From: Andalucia godoyi And28
Lineage: Eukaryota > Protista > Jakobida
Direction of reading: 5' to 3'
Length of the DNA: 64,000 bases
Assembly (NCBI GenBank): GCA_009859145.1
Contig: VRVR01000054.1
Location: forward strand, 1-64,000
The first letter of the stretch is position 1. The number at the start of each line of letters is the position of its first letter. The notes under the pieces were generated by a model that saw only the letters and a list, made by a program, of their open reading frames with translations, was not told the DNA's origin and searched no databases. Position numbers and translations under genes: made by a program. Below are positions 40,464-51,740 of the stretch, piece by piece.

Positions 40464-40677
40464 AATGAATGCGTCCCGCAACAATTTTGAAATTTTTGCA
40501 AAAAAGAATTCAAATCAAACAGACACGCACACAACAATAGTAATGATAATAATAATAATAATAATAATAAGGACAACAAAATCCTGCTTCTTACCAGTAT
40601 AAATTAGTGCGGCCGGAACTACAATGAGCAGATATTATATTGTTGTTAGGTGTGTTGGGTGGTTCTTCGACTTTGGC

Positions 40678-41784
40678 CTAGTCTTCTTTTGGTCTGCTTG
40701 GAGCGAGTCTGCGCGCAATGCCTGTTCTGAATTTCCTAAAAGTGTTTCCGATTGCGGCCCCGACGCCGGCGCCTCCCACGACACTTGCGCCGAGGATGAC
40801 GCCCTTTGCACCGACTGCGAATCCCACTGGACCGGCGACCAGGCCGCCGACAAGTGCTCCAATCAGCGGTGTGGCCATCACCGAGTAGCGCGTAGCAGAC
40901 TGCAGCTCGCGAGTGCCACGGACCGTGTCAGCATCCGCATCCCGCGTCAGCAACACCGTTTCATCCAGCAAGGACGCCTGCGACGACACCTGGTTCGAAA
41001 GATCCGCATAGAGGTGTCGCAAATCGCTCATTTCATTCTCAATCACCTTCATTTCCTTTTCCTTTTCCCTTTCCACCTCCATTGCCTCTGCTGCTGCTGC
41101 GTCTGTCATCCTGGCATCATTTTCCACCTGCCTCCCACTGTTCGCGAGTGTCATGATTCCCAGGTTCATCGCATCCTCCGCGTCTTCACCGAGACCATGA
41201 ACATCGGTCGGTGCGTTGACAGCATTGGCGGTGACGCGCTGCGTATGTGGATGAAATGAAGACTCCGCGGATCGATACTGCGACTTGAGAAGCCCAAAGT
41301 CGTGCCGAAGCCTCGCAAGAACCACAAGGTCGATATCTTGGAGTCCCGAAACAGGCGAAGTGCGTCGAGCCGGATACTTCAAAAGCAGCGATTCCGCGGC
41401 GTGGACATGCGCGTCCATTTCTCGACGCATCGGAGCAAGTTCCGAATCCTGTGCGTCGGGGGCGGGGGCGGGAGCGGAGTCGTCCAAAAACAGCGAGAAC
41501 GATTTCCGGTTTTTTAATGTCGGGCCCCCCGAGTGTTTAGGGTTAACGTTGGGACTATGGTTAGGGTTCGGAGGACAAGAGCAAGAAGAAGAACAAGAAG
41601 AAGAACAAGAAGAAGGAGGAGGAGGAGGGCGCGGAGGGTGATCATGATGGACCGATTTGAGATACCGAGGAAGCAAAAGCGACAGGCGCTGGACGTGCGT
41701 GCGCAGTGCAGCGAGATCCGATTGCTCCGGAGTTGCCTTGGACGAGGAATCCATCCTATGCACGAATACCGTTTCTTGACTCAT
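40678..41784 (-). CDS. STX17: Syntaxin-17-like Qa-SNARE
   Basis: SNARE motif with central Q (LSNQVSSQASLLD), a Gly-rich double TM (LIGALVGGLVAGPVG...GGAGVGAAIG) and a basic tail. Confidence 0.8.
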   Translation of the reverse strand: MSQETVFVHRMDSSSKATPEQSDLAALRTHVQRLSLLLPRYLKSVHHDHPPRPPPPPSSCSSSCSSSCSCPPNPNHSPNVNPKHSGGPTLKNRKSFSLFLDDSAPAPAPDAQDSELAPMRREMDAHVHAAESLLLKYPARRTSPVSGLQDIDLVVLARLRHDFGLLKSQYRSAESSFHPHTQRVTANAVNAPTDVHGLGEDAEDAMNLGIMTLANSGRQVENDARMTDAAAAEAMEVEREKEKEMKVIENEMSDLRHLYADLSNQVSSQASLLDETVLLTRDADADTVRGTRELQSATRYSVMATPLIGALVGGLVAGPVGFAVGAKGVILGASVVGGAGVGAAIGNTFRKFRTGIARRLAPSRPKED

Positions 41785-42044
41785 TGATTAATCATTTAAA
41801 TAATAATAATAAAAGTCATAAAACCTAATACAGAAAACAGAAAAAGAAGAACGACATTGGAACATTCATAATAGAATACCAATCATGAAAAAACACAGAG
41901 ATAAAGACAGATTCGGTTTGGCTGGCTTTTGTTGAACTGTCCAACATCAACTTCTTGCATCACGTGATGCCATGGACCTCGTGCTCAGTTGACTTGAACC
42001 TTGTGTCTTCTTAAACGACGGGTTTTCGTTCGATTTGCTTCTGT

Positions 42045-42103
<59 letters not shown>
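42045..42103. repeat. (TTG)n(GA)n microsatellite abutting the PSMD7 start codon
   Basis: Ends 3 nt before ATG 42107. Confidence 0.9.
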
Positions 42104-42106
42104 AGG

Positions 42107-43162
42107 ATGGCTCCGCCGACAGAGGTTACTGTACATCCGCTGGTCCTGCTGTCTGTGACGGATCATTTCTACCGGGTTGCAAAGGACACTCGGAACCGGC
42201 GCGTCGTGGGGATCCTGCTGGGAACTGTGGCGCGCGACGGATCTGTCCAGGCGTCGAATGCGTATGCAGTGCCGTTTGAGGAGGATGCGGCGGATCCGGA
42301 CGTGTGGTTTCTGGACCACAACTACCATGAACACATGTTTGCAATGTTCCGAAAGGTTGCTGCGCGCGAACGAGTCGTTGGATGGTACTCTACAGGGCCG
42401 CGAATCCGGTCAAACGACATCAAGATCCACCAAGTGCTTCGGATGTACTGTGCAGATCCGGTCTTTGTGATTGTCGACGTTCGTGGAACCGACAGCCAGT
42501 CGCAGTCCCAACCGCAGCAAATACAAGCAGGAGGAGGATCAGGACCGCAGCAGAGAGCAAAGATTCCGACAGATGCGTATGTTGCGGTAGAACAGGTGAA
42601 GCCCGAGACGTTTGGAGAAAAGGAATGGACGTTTGCGCATATTCCATCGGAAATCGGCGCGGTCGAGGCAGAGGAAATCGGAGTCGAGCATCTGCTGCGA
42701 GACGTCAAGGACACAACCGTCTCCAGCTTGTCGACGCAGGTTACGGAAAGAATGAGCTCTCTGGCACAGCTCGAGGTCCGGCTCAAGGACATCAGGACGT
42801 ATCTTGATCGAGTGCTGTCGGAAGAGCTGCCAGTCAACCATGCTATTCTGTACAAGCTGCAGGACGTCCTGAATCTGCTGCCGAACCTGAAGATCGGAGC
42901 AGACGAGCAAATGGTAAAGGCGCTCACAACGAGGACAAACGACAGACTTGCCGTCGTCTATCTCTCGGCCATGATCCGAGCCGTCGTCGCGCTCCACGAA
43001 CTCATCGGAAACAAGATTGGACTCAAAGAACATGAAGCAAAAGCGCTGCTCAAGTCTGGCGGTGGGATCAGCAACAAGGATCTCCCAATCGACGCGAACA
43101 ACCAGTCTGGGGAGAGCCCCGATTCACCCGCAGTCGAGAAGGCCGGAGGATACTCAAAGTAG
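42107..43162 (+). CDS. PSMD7: 26S proteasome lid subunit RPN8 (MPN- domain)
   Basis: VHPLVLLSVTDH, RVVGILLG, WFLDHNY, VGWYSTGP, AVEAEEIGVEHLLRD. Confidence 0.97.
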   Translation: MAPPTEVTVHPLVLLSVTDHFYRVAKDTRNRRVVGILLGTVARDGSVQASNAYAVPFEEDAADPDVWFLDHNYHEHMFAMFRKVAARERVVGWYSTGPRIRSNDIKIHQVLRMYCADPVFVIVDVRGTDSQSQSQPQQIQAGGGSGPQQRAKIPTDAYVAVEQVKPETFGEKEWTFAHIPSEIGAVEAEEIGVEHLLRDVKDTTVSSLSTQVTERMSSLAQLEVRLKDIRTYLDRVLSEELPVNHAILYKLQDVLNLLPNLKIGADEQMVKALTTRTNDRLAVVYLSAMIRAVVALHELIGNKIGLKEHEAKALLKSGGGISNKDLPIDANNQSGESPDSPAVEKAGGYSK

Positions 43163-43240
43163 TAAAGTGAACCGAAAGAAGAAGAAGAAAGAAAGAATGC
43201 AAATACTGGAATGGAACGGGCGCGGGAAAAACCCGGTAGT

Positions 43241-43242
<2 letters not shown>

Positions 43243-43288
<46 letters not shown>
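43243..43288. repeat. (GT)n microsatellite between the convergent PSMD7 and VPS35
   Basis: Seen directly. Confidence 0.9.
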
Positions 43289-43294
<6 letters not shown>

Positions 43295-43324
43295 TATATG
43301 TGTGGGTTAGTGTGTGCATCCTTT

Positions 43325-46201
43325 TTACACGGAAGTTCCAGATTGATCTCCTTGCAATGTCGTCGGAGTCGTCGATTGCAACAGCGTTGGGTAATTCCGG
43401 CGCAAGTGCCGCAGGGTATTCTGATAGGCAACTGTGACGGGAGGCACCGTGGCACCTTCGACGGACGACAAGTCAGAGGAATCGACGGCCTTGATGTTCT
43501 CGGCAATCAGATCGACAAGCCCAACGATGAATTTCTGCGAAACCTTTTCCACACCAGCGGCGAAGTGGTATACGTACTTGTTCAGGATCTCCACCAGCAG
43601 CACAACCTGCTCGACAAGCATGGCTGAGTCGGCGATGCGAATCGACTTTTGCAAACACTCGAGAACACGAGACGGTGAGTGACGCGCAAACATGTGGGAC
43701 GCATTGTAGATGCATCGGCACTGGTCCATACGCTTGAGAAGCTTCAAGCCGTAGAGAGACACACGGGCCGCGAGGCCATCGTAGGTTTCCTCCGGCATGT
43801 TGCGAAGCATGCAAAGCGTGTTTGTAAAGACAGTAAGCACAGAAACTTGGGACCGAGAGTCCACTGCCTGCTCTTCAAACAACAGGTATGCCTTGGACAG
43901 GAATTCGTACGCATAATCCACGGCAGAAACTCGGTCGGCGACAACGGACGCATCCAGGTACAACCGAAGGACCTGCAGAGGTCGGTGGGGTGACAAAGCA
44001 TCAAGCACCTCGAGCAACTGACGGAACAACTTCTGCAGAGTTGGAGCATACGACTCGTTTTGAGCAAGCCGAGGAACCAATCGCAAGTACGCGAATACCA
44101 ACGGAGGCAGCGTATACACCGACCGGCGAGTACCACCCTTTGCGAACACTTTTCTCATGGACGCGAGCAGTCTGAACTCGCCGTCCGGTTCCGCGGACCC
44201 GCGAATCAAATGCACACAACGCGCAACAAGATTTTGTTCTTCCGAAAAGTCCTCCTCCGCCTCCTCCACGTCGTCGTTGCCTGTCTTAGACTGATTGTTT
44301 GCAGTTTCGTTTGGCGGAGTGTTCCTTCCATTACCATTGGCATTGCTGGCATCACTGGCTTTTGCAGCTTCATTTGCTTCTTCCACAGACTCCTTGTAAG
44401 AGGAATCCTCATCGGTCAACAGCGTTTCCAACAACATGAAGAACGATTCCACATGAACAGAGTTGGAAAGAGGTTCCTGGAGCGACAGTGCTCGTCTCGC
44501 GACCTCCATCGCAAATCGCTTACGCTGGGGCTTCGCGAGAAACACGTTCAGCATTCTCCAATGATTAAAATCGAGAACTGGGAGGAACGTTTCAAACTTT
44601 TCCAAAGGCATACGCATCAGCGAAAGGACTCGCTTCCGGTAGACATTATCTGATCGGACAAATGTAAGGGTGTCGAGTCGAGACGCAGTCACAGAAAAGG
44701 ACTCCCACTTCGGAATGGCGCCGTAAGCAGAAGTTAGCAATGGAGACTTGCACAATCCGAGAGCGCGGAACGCCTGCTCCAAAAGCGAGTCTAAGAACGC
44801 GATTTCATCCGAACGGCGTTCCGCAAATGACGGCCAAGATCGAGCAAGAGAGAACAGTGCTTCCTCGCAAAGCATGACGTCGACAGGCGGCATAATCACT
44901 TTCTCGTATTCCTTGGAGTGCAACTGCTGCTGCGTGATGTGCTCCTTAATCTTCAACGGGTCATCCTCTTCATCTTCACGGATCTTTCGCTCAAGCTTTT
45001 CTTCCTTCATCTCTGCGCCAATTTCCTGTGTAGCGGTATCTTCGGATGCAGTCTTTTGCGCCGATTTGGGATCGTGCGCTTGAAACGACTCCACATGATG
45101 AACCGCCAGAGCCCTCGCTGCAGGATCCAGGAGCGAAACAAAGAACTGGAGTTCTTCGTAAAACTGCGTGGGAACCAGTGCCATGGCTTCGCTGGAAACA
45201 GGATAGGTGGTGCTAGATGGTGAGCGGTGAGCGTACTGCGCGAGACGATTCATAAGACCGATGAGGATAACCTTGAGATCGACTCCGCGGTCCAGCTTTC
45301 GGCAGGCAACCAAGAACATCTCGAGTGTCTTCAAGTGAAACTCGTCAGGAAACACTTGGGATACCGCCTCCATAATGTAGCCCTGTGCAAGAGCATCCTT
45401 GCATGCAACGACCTGTTCGCAGATGTTGGGCAGCACCTTGGCTGCATATGCATCCATATCAAGATGCTCAAGCTGCGAAGTCAGAACCAAAAACGTTCCA
45501 ACACACAACTTTAGCTGCTGCCGCTCTTCCTGCTGTTTGGCCGGCTGCTTTCTCATCAAGTACTTGATCCGCACCCACAGTCTGTTCGCCTCAACAAAGT
45601 TGTTCAGAGTAAACTGCAGCGCCACGTCCAATTCAGCGGCCGGGATCATCGGCAGCACCTCCTTGCACGTCTGCGCAAGATAGTACCGCAAGAACAGACC
45701 ACGGGTCGGATGCTGCACGCCCTTGCACATTTCTGTCAAGTCTCGCAGCACTTCTGCATATGAAGCCTGCTTGGCCAGCATGCAGACCGCACCGACAGTG
45801 ATCAGCAGATACAGTCTCGGAACAATGTTTCCGCAGTGCTGCACAATTTCATATAGCGGCTCCAGCGACACGCCTCTCTGAGCCTCTTCCATTAAATGCG
45901 ACTTGAGAAACGACAGCTCTGAAAACACATTCATGTACAGCGAGTAGTAGTTCCGCGGCGAAAGCACAGACGTCCGCATTTCATTCAGCATGTTTGAAGC
46001 ATGCAGCAGCGAGTCCGTCACGTTGTTCTGGTCCAATGATCGCTTCATGTTGAATCCACACTGCCGAACCGCATTTGTCGCAGAGGACAGCCACCGATCT
46101 TGCTCTTCCTCGGGATCCACATTCGGCGATCCTCCTCCTCCTCCTCCTCCCGCTGCTCCAGCGGAAGACATCCCAGCGCTATTCGATGGCTTCGGCGGCA
46201 T
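43325..46201 (-). CDS. VPS35: Retromer subunit VPS35
   Basis: LSPRNYYSLY, GNIVPRLYL, KGVQHPTRGLFLRYYL, NFVEANRLWVR, VFPDEFHL, RVLECLQKSIRIA. Confidence 0.97.
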   Translation of the reverse strand: MPPKPSNSAGMSSAGAAGGGGGGGSPNVDPEEEQDRWLSSATNAVRQCGFNMKRSLDQNNVTDSLLHASNMLNEMRTSVLSPRNYYSLYMNVFSELSFLKSHLMEEAQRGVSLEPLYEIVQHCGNIVPRLYLLITVGAVCMLAKQASYAEVLRDLTEMCKGVQHPTRGLFLRYYLAQTCKEVLPMIPAAELDVALQFTLNNFVEANRLWVRIKYLMRKQPAKQQEERQQLKLCVGTFLVLTSQLEHLDMDAYAAKVLPNICEQVVACKDALAQGYIMEAVSQVFPDEFHLKTLEMFLVACRKLDRGVDLKVILIGLMNRLAQYAHRSPSSTTYPVSSEAMALVPTQFYEELQFFVSLLDPAARALAVHHVESFQAHDPKSAQKTASEDTATQEIGAEMKEEKLERKIREDEEDDPLKIKEHITQQQLHSKEYEKVIMPPVDVMLCEEALFSLARSWPSFAERRSDEIAFLDSLLEQAFRALGLCKSPLLTSAYGAIPKWESFSVTASRLDTLTFVRSDNVYRKRVLSLMRMPLEKFETFLPVLDFNHWRMLNVFLAKPQRKRFAMEVARRALSLQEPLSNSVHVESFFMLLETLLTDEDSSYKESVEEANEAAKASDASNANGNGRNTPPNETANNQSKTGNDDVEEAEEDFSEEQNLVARCVHLIRGSAEPDGEFRLLASMRKVFAKGGTRRSVYTLPPLVFAYLRLVPRLAQNESYAPTLQKLFRQLLEVLDALSPHRPLQVLRLYLDASVVADRVSAVDYAYEFLSKAYLLFEEQAVDSRSQVSVLTVFTNTLCMLRNMPEETYDGLAARVSLYGLKLLKRMDQCRCIYNASHMFARHSPSRVLECLQKSIRIADSAMLVEQVVLLVEILNKYVYHFAAGVEKVSQKFIVGLVDLIAENIKAVDSSDLSSVEGATVPPVTVAYQNTLRHLRRNYPTLLQSTTPTTLQGDQSGTSV

Positions 46202-46580
46202 CCTCACTCACTCCTCTCCTTTCAACAAACAAAAAAACAAAACAAACCCTTTCTTCTTCTCGCAACCCCCTTTGCAAAGAACAGATAACCCAAGAGCTAA
46301 AAGCAATCAAAAAACAGATTGGATAATTATTGTTATTATTATTTATTTATTATTATAAAAAGAAAAAGTGGAAAAGGCATTGGGACAAGTAGGATTCCTT
46401 ATGGATGAGGTAGGGCTTCGTCAGATGCACAGGCGACTGGCGCGGGTCGTCTTCTCCACCCTGCATGATGCTAGAACGTGATGCAAGAGCGTGCGTCTGT
46501 TTTTCACCTAGCATTACTTTTTGGTTGTTTTTTTTACAGAAGGTGGTGGGAGAGGGGGAGAACGATGGTGGTGGAGGATT

Positions 46581-48896
46581 TCATTGGATTACAAAGGACT
46601 GGAGCAACGAGACCCATTTATGAGCTTCGGTCCGCAATGAATCGGTGGTTTGCGGAACAGTGGCATCGAGATGGGCCTTTGCGAGCTCCAAAATGCGCTC
46701 ATCGACGACCTGGTCGAGCGATCTGAGCTTTGGATCCTGGAACGCTGATGCTGGACGCGCTGCTTTGGACAGGCCCACGACGTTTTCAACGGCTTTGCGC
46801 GACCGACTCTGGAAAGAGCTGTCGACGAGGAACGCAAACTCCCCCAGGACCTGCTTCTTGAACTCCAAACGAATATTGTCAGGGAGCACCGGCTGGTTGC
46901 GGGGTCGCGCACAGGCAGCAGGAGAGAATCGAGAGACTCGAAGAGTGTCAAGAGCCCGGCGCTGCTCTGACACAAAGTCCATAAATGAGCGAACTTCCGC
47001 AGGAGACACAGTCACTCGCAGAACAGACGTAAACCACAGGCAACACGCGAGCGTCAGAACCAAACACTCGGCAAACAGTTGCAGCCGCAACTCGGATACT
47101 ACAGATTGGGGAACATGCAGAGCATGCGGCTGCTCCAGTTGCTGGAGCGCGCGATCCTTCGCTCCCCGCAGCATGCCTCCGTCTTCTTCAGACAAGAGGG
47201 CGTACTTGAAAAATGACTTGAATTCATCAATCGAGGAATAGCGGCGCACAAACACAGTCTTGTCATCGCCATGCGCAGCACGGTCTGCAATGTGTGATGG
47301 AAGCTGCGAATCGTCGAGTCGAAGAAACGAGTAGAGATGATACCAGAATTGATCGGCCTTGGAACGCGACTCCACTTTGGATTCCAAGTACGGATTGCCC
47401 GGAATGAAGGGCATCGGAACGGCAGGATATGAGTCTCCAAGAATGGTATTCAGCAACTCGTCTCGCTTTCGCTCTCCGGCTTCAAAAATAAACCGGGCAT
47501 GGACCATTGCAAGCCGCCCGCAACTTGCCACATGCTCCAATCTCCGCTCCAGCAGCTCATCTCGCAACTCGATTCTTCTTCGAGCGCCCTCCAGCGTTTC
47601 CAAGAGTTCCGGAACCATGATCACCGAAATTGCGGGCTCATCTCTTCCTCCACCACCACCTCCACCACCAGCACTAGCACCAGCACCAGCACCAGCAGCC
47701 AACGACAACAAACGAGTCCCCGCATGTCGCTGGCGAGAATCGTGCTCAAACTCCCAAATGTCAACGGACCACGGAACACTTCCTGTGGTGGACCGCACTC
47801 CCTTTGCACTCGTTCCTGCAGAACTGGCTTTTTGTGCAGCTCGACCAAGCGCAATCTGAATGTTCACCAGCGGGTCCCAAGTCCATGTCAAGGATGGCCG
47901 GTACGGAAACAGCGGAAACAGCTCGAACTCGGTGTACTGCAGCGCGTCGTTTGCGTCAACAGAATCGCAAGCTTCACATGCCTCGAGCCATTTTCCCGGA
48001 CACAGCACATTGTTCATCCCGAGCGACGCCAAGTGAATCATGATGGCCACCCGTTTCCGCAAGCATGTGGACATGTTCAGAATGACGCGTACCATGTGCG
48101 CATCTTCGGTTCCCAGCACGAGAGAATTCGCGTAGGATAAAAACGGCTTTAAATACACGTGAAACAAGTGCCAGTCGCGTTCTTCAATTGCACCATGCAG
48201 GCACCGGCATGTTTCTCGGAGCGCCAACGACCGCTTCCCGATCCCCAAAAGGCATAAACAAACCATTTCAAGAAAGTGTGCAATGAACGACCGAGGCTCA
48301 GGCACAAGGTCCAGGAACTTATGTTCTGCGAGCAATCGGCGATCATGGGGGAACGTGCACGCCATGATGAACGCCGCATTCTCTGGGACCCCTGTATTCC
48401 GCACAAGCTTGTACTTCAGCCGGACAACCAGCACGGCGTACCGCAGTCGTTCCAGCACCGCCGAGTCCCTTGCCTCCTGGCTCCTTTTCGCATCTGTGGC
48501 GTCGTCGTTGTCTGCCATCACAAAGCACCGTGCAAGCAGCTTGCAGAACAGCCGCGAATCATGTACGGACGTGTCAAGCTCGACAGTCTGCAGTAGCGGA
48601 CGCACACTCCTCCACATCACACCTCCTCCTCCTGCACCATCCGACTCTATCCGCATAATCCAAGAGCTCCACACATCCACGATCTGCCCATTCCACTTCG
48701 CCAGCAGCTCAGTAAAGTACATTCCTCCTCCTGCACCACCTCCACATTGAATCTCGTCAAAGTTCAAACTCAACGTACCAAAGTCCAAACCACTTTCGTG
48801 TTTGATCCGATAGCGATATCTGCGGCTCGCGTGACAGAGTCGACTCCTCGGACCGGTGCTGTTGCCGACTGGAATGTGGTGTGGATTGGTGGGCAA
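46581..48896 (-). CDS. Hypothetical protein (771-codon ORF; first ATG at 48722; 5' exon(s) possible)
   Basis: Long ORF with globular-looking helical composition filling a gene-sized gap. No motif recognised. Confidence 0.75.
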   Translation of the reverse strand: MPTNPHHIPVGNSTGPRSRLCHASRRYRYRIKHESGLDFGTLSLNFDEIQCGGGAGGGMYFTELLAKWNGQIVDVWSSWIMRIESDGAGGGGVMWRSVRPLLQTVELDTSVHDSRLFCKLLARCFVMADNDDATDAKRSQEARDSAVLERLRYAVLVVRLKYKLVRNTGVPENAAFIMACTFPHDRRLLAEHKFLDLVPEPRSFIAHFLEMVCLCLLGIGKRSLALRETCRCLHGAIEERDWHLFHVYLKPFLSYANSLVLGTEDAHMVRVILNMSTCLRKRVAIMIHLASLGMNNVLCPGKWLEACEACDSVDANDALQYTEFELFPLFPYRPSLTWTWDPLVNIQIALGRAAQKASSAGTSAKGVRSTTGSVPWSVDIWEFEHDSRQRHAGTRLLSLAAGAGAGASAGGGGGGGGRDEPAISVIMVPELLETLEGARRRIELRDELLERRLEHVASCGRLAMVHARFIFEAGERKRDELLNTILGDSYPAVPMPFIPGNPYLESKVESRSKADQFWYHLYSFLRLDDSQLPSHIADRAAHGDDKTVFVRRYSSIDEFKSFFKYALLSEEDGGMLRGAKDRALQQLEQPHALHVPQSVVSELRLQLFAECLVLTLACCLWFTSVLRVTVSPAEVRSFMDFVSEQRRALDTLRVSRFSPAACARPRNQPVLPDNIRLEFKKQVLGEFAFLVDSSFQSRSRKAVENVVGLSKAARPASAFQDPKLRSLDQVVDERILELAKAHLDATVPQTTDSLRTEAHKWVSLLQSFVIQ

Positions 48897-49112
48897 CGTA
48901 CTTCACTGGTGAAACCAAAACAAAAACAAAACAAAACAAAAGCAGAATGGAAAAGAAAAGAAAAACAGCTCCATGAAGAACATAATACGTCGAAATCTGT
49001 CAACACATTTACACGACATGCTGTACTAAAGCAAAATACGCACTGTACACACACACGGACGGAACCACACACACAGAAGTAATAGACTACGGACGAAACC
49101 ACATACGTGGAC

Positions 49113-49113
<1 letters not shown>

Positions 49114-49187
<74 letters not shown>

Positions 49188-49200
49188 ACACACACACAGA
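49114..49200. repeat. (CA)n microsatellite
   Basis: Seen directly. Confidence 0.95.
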
Positions 49201-49361
49201 CACTAGCAGTAGACACGGGGAGCACAGAACCGCAGAGGAAGCCAAAACAAAAACGAAACAAAACAAAAAACCCGACAACAACGATATATACGGTAAGAGA
49301 GTGCTGTTGCAAGAGTTGAAAGAAGGAATGTACAAACGGTCCGAGTGGCTTGCCGAATGGC

Positions 49362-51497
49362 TCACTCCAAATCGCTTCCAAAATCTTCATTGTCGTCCAT
49401 GTCGTCGTCGCCGTCGGATCCCGTGGACACACCGATGCCTTGCAGGCCGAAAGGGGTGTTTCCGAGTGTGTCCGTTGGCGCTGAAGACGCCGCGGCGAGA
49501 GACGACATTGATGTGGAAGCAGACGATGACGCGGTGGAGGATCCGACATGCTCGATTCCCAGTCGCCGCTTCTTGGGGCAAGGAAATTCGACCATGCGGA
49601 TTGCTTCGTTGGACGCAGAACCATTCGACGAGCTTGAGGAAGTAGAAACCGACGCCGCAGTCGCCTTGAGTGGATCAACGCCCTCGGCCTCCATCTTCAG
49701 GACCCAGTTTTTGAGAGTAGAGTGCCAGTGGTTCTTGATCGAGTTTGCCGTGCGGCCTGGTAACAGCTTTGCGATCTGCGACCACTGGTTTCCGATGGTT
49801 CTGTGTTGCTCAATGATGGTGCGGTCTTCCGACGGCGACCACCAGTCCTTCTTGAGGTTCGGATCAAGGTGGTTGTAGTACCTTTCGCGGCACTGCTTTC
49901 CAATCCGACCTTTTAGGTTGGATGCTATATACGACCACCGCCGGGCTCCGTTCTCCGCCACAAGCTGCATCAACTTCTGGTCTTCCTCGGGAGTCCAGTT
50001 TCCCTTTACAAAATCAACCGGCTTCTTCGGCATCGCCATTGTCGTTGTCGCGCTCGCAGATGCCGTCGCAGATGCAAGTCCATTCTCGATTGCATCGCCG
50101 TTGCGGGAATGCTTGCGGGGGAACGACCCCATCTGCCTCGCCATGCTCCCATTCCCATGGTTCAGCGCTCCATTTCCACTTGCAGAAGCAGAAGCAGAAG
50201 CAGATATGGAAGTGGAAATGGAAGCAGACGACCCTGATGCTGATGACAGGGAAGCAGACAGTCGCTGTTGCTGAGCGGAGTCAAGCAACATCGGCGCAGG
50301 CGGAAGCGGACTCAGTGAAATATGCTGCGGCTGATATTGAGACTGGTGCTGATGATGCTGATGATGTTGATTCTGGTACAACAGAGAGTGTTGTTGTTGG
50401 TGATGGTGGTGCAATGACGACGAAACAAGACCCAACAATCCACCGACATTGGCAGCAGCGCCGCTGTGGCCACCATGCTGCGCATGCGAATGGAGAGCAT
50501 GGTGCTGCAAGTGCGAGTGCGAGTGCGACTGTGGCTGTGACTGTGACTGTGACTGCGAATGCGAATGCGAATGGGTTGGGGTGCGCGCGGCCACGAGCGA
50601 TCCCGAGAGGGGGAGCCCGAGAGATTCCGAGAGCAGCGACGTGACTTGCTGATCCGTCAGCGACATTGGTGGAGACGACGGTCTCGACATGTGTCTGCCA
50701 AGCCCGCCGGCCATCGTCGCGTTCCCATTTCCATTGGCATAGTGAAGATCATCAATGTCGACATCCGACGAAGAGGCGGTGGCAGACGACGAGGTATAGG
50801 TTGGGAACGGCTCAAGAAAGACGATTTCGTCAAACGGAATGTGCCGTGACTTTGCAGACGCGAGAGGGATCTTGGCGAGAATATACCGGTCGTCCGACGA
50901 GTCGATCGCAGACGAGTGGTGCGATCCAGTCGGCGAGTAGTGCTGCGCAAAGAACCGCTCATTTTCATTATCGTTGTCATCCCCGTTCTCAATTGCCCTT
51001 TGACTGGCATCATGCTCGTCACCAACACCGAGATGGACATGATGATTGCCACCGCTATTGTGGCCATTGCTGCTTGGACGATGCTGACGCGGTTGGTGAT
51101 GCGAATGGCTACTCTGGCTCCGCAGCTTCTTGTCCTCGAGAGGCAGCGGGCAGCCCATAGACGCAGCAGACAATGGCAATGACGCCGATGCGGATGCGGA
51201 TGCGGAGGATGAGGAGGATGAGAAGGAGGATGAGGAGGATGAGGAGTGCTCATGATCGTCGAATTCCGAGCAAGTCGAGTTGTGGCGGGAATGATGGTGT
51301 GTCGCAGGATACCCGTCGAACGGGTGCCGGTGTGGCGACGACGACAGATTAGGAAGCGCGGGAATGTGCGAAGGAACTGAAGGATGCGTGTCCAGATGCG
51401 CCAGAAACAGATCATCAGAGATCGAATACGGGTGTCCCACGACCGTCAGATCCAGCAGTGTCGACATTGACAAGGTACGCGGTAGCACATGTGACAT
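49362..51497 (-). CDS. R2R3-type MYB transcription factor with long His/Ser/Gln-rich N-terminus
   Basis: [30 protein letters not shown] and WSPSED...[23 protein letters not shown]. Confidence 0.93.
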   Translation of the reverse strand: MSHVLPRTLSMSTLLDLTVVGHPYSISDDLFLAHLDTHPSVPSHIPALPNLSSSPHRHPFDGYPATHHHSRHNSTCSEFDDHEHSSSSSSSFSSSSSSASASASASLPLSAASMGCPLPLEDKKLRSQSSHSHHQPRQHRPSSNGHNSGGNHHVHLGVGDEHDASQRAIENGDDNDNENERFFAQHYSPTGSHHSSAIDSSDDRYILAKIPLASAKSRHIPFDEIVFLEPFPTYTSSSATASSSDVDIDDLHYANGNGNATMAGGLGRHMSRPSSPPMSLTDQQVTSLLSESLGLPLSGSLVAARTPTHSHSHSQSQSQSQPQSHSHSHLQHHALHSHAQHGGHSGAAANVGGLLGLVSSSLHHHHQQQHSLLYQNQHHQHHQHQSQYQPQHISLSPLPPAPMLLDSAQQQRLSASLSSASGSSASISTSISASASASASGNGALNHGNGSMARQMGSFPRKHSRNGDAIENGLASATASASATTTMAMPKKPVDFVKGNWTPEEDQKLMQLVAENGARRWSYIASNLKGRIGKQCRERYYNHLDPNLKKDWWSPSEDRTIIEQHRTIGNQWSQIAKLLPGRTANSIKNHWHSTLKNWVLKMEAEGVDPLKATAASVSTSSSSSNGSASNEAIRMVEFPCPKKRRLGIEHVGSSTASSSASTSMSSLAAASSAPTDTLGNTPFGLQGIGVSTGSDGDDDMDDNEDFGSDLE

Positions 51498-51650
51498 TCT
51501 TACTTCCGTTTAGTTTGTTCGTTGTGGTTGTTGTTTTCCAATCTGAAGCCGACTTTGATAGGGGAGAAATTGACGATGAGTATGTGCGCGAGATCGACAA
51601 TGACTGCAACTTATTAAAAAACCTATGTATAGACACACGCACACACACTA

Positions 51651-51651
<1 letters not shown>

Positions 51652-51736
<85 letters not shown>
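51652..51736. repeat. (GA)n microsatellite upstream of MYB
   Basis: Seen directly. Confidence 0.95.

Positions 51737-51740
<4 letters not shown>

Noticed and set aside
46400-46500. Box C/D snoRNA
   Set aside because: No properly arranged RUGAUGA and CUGA pair with a terminal stem on one strand.
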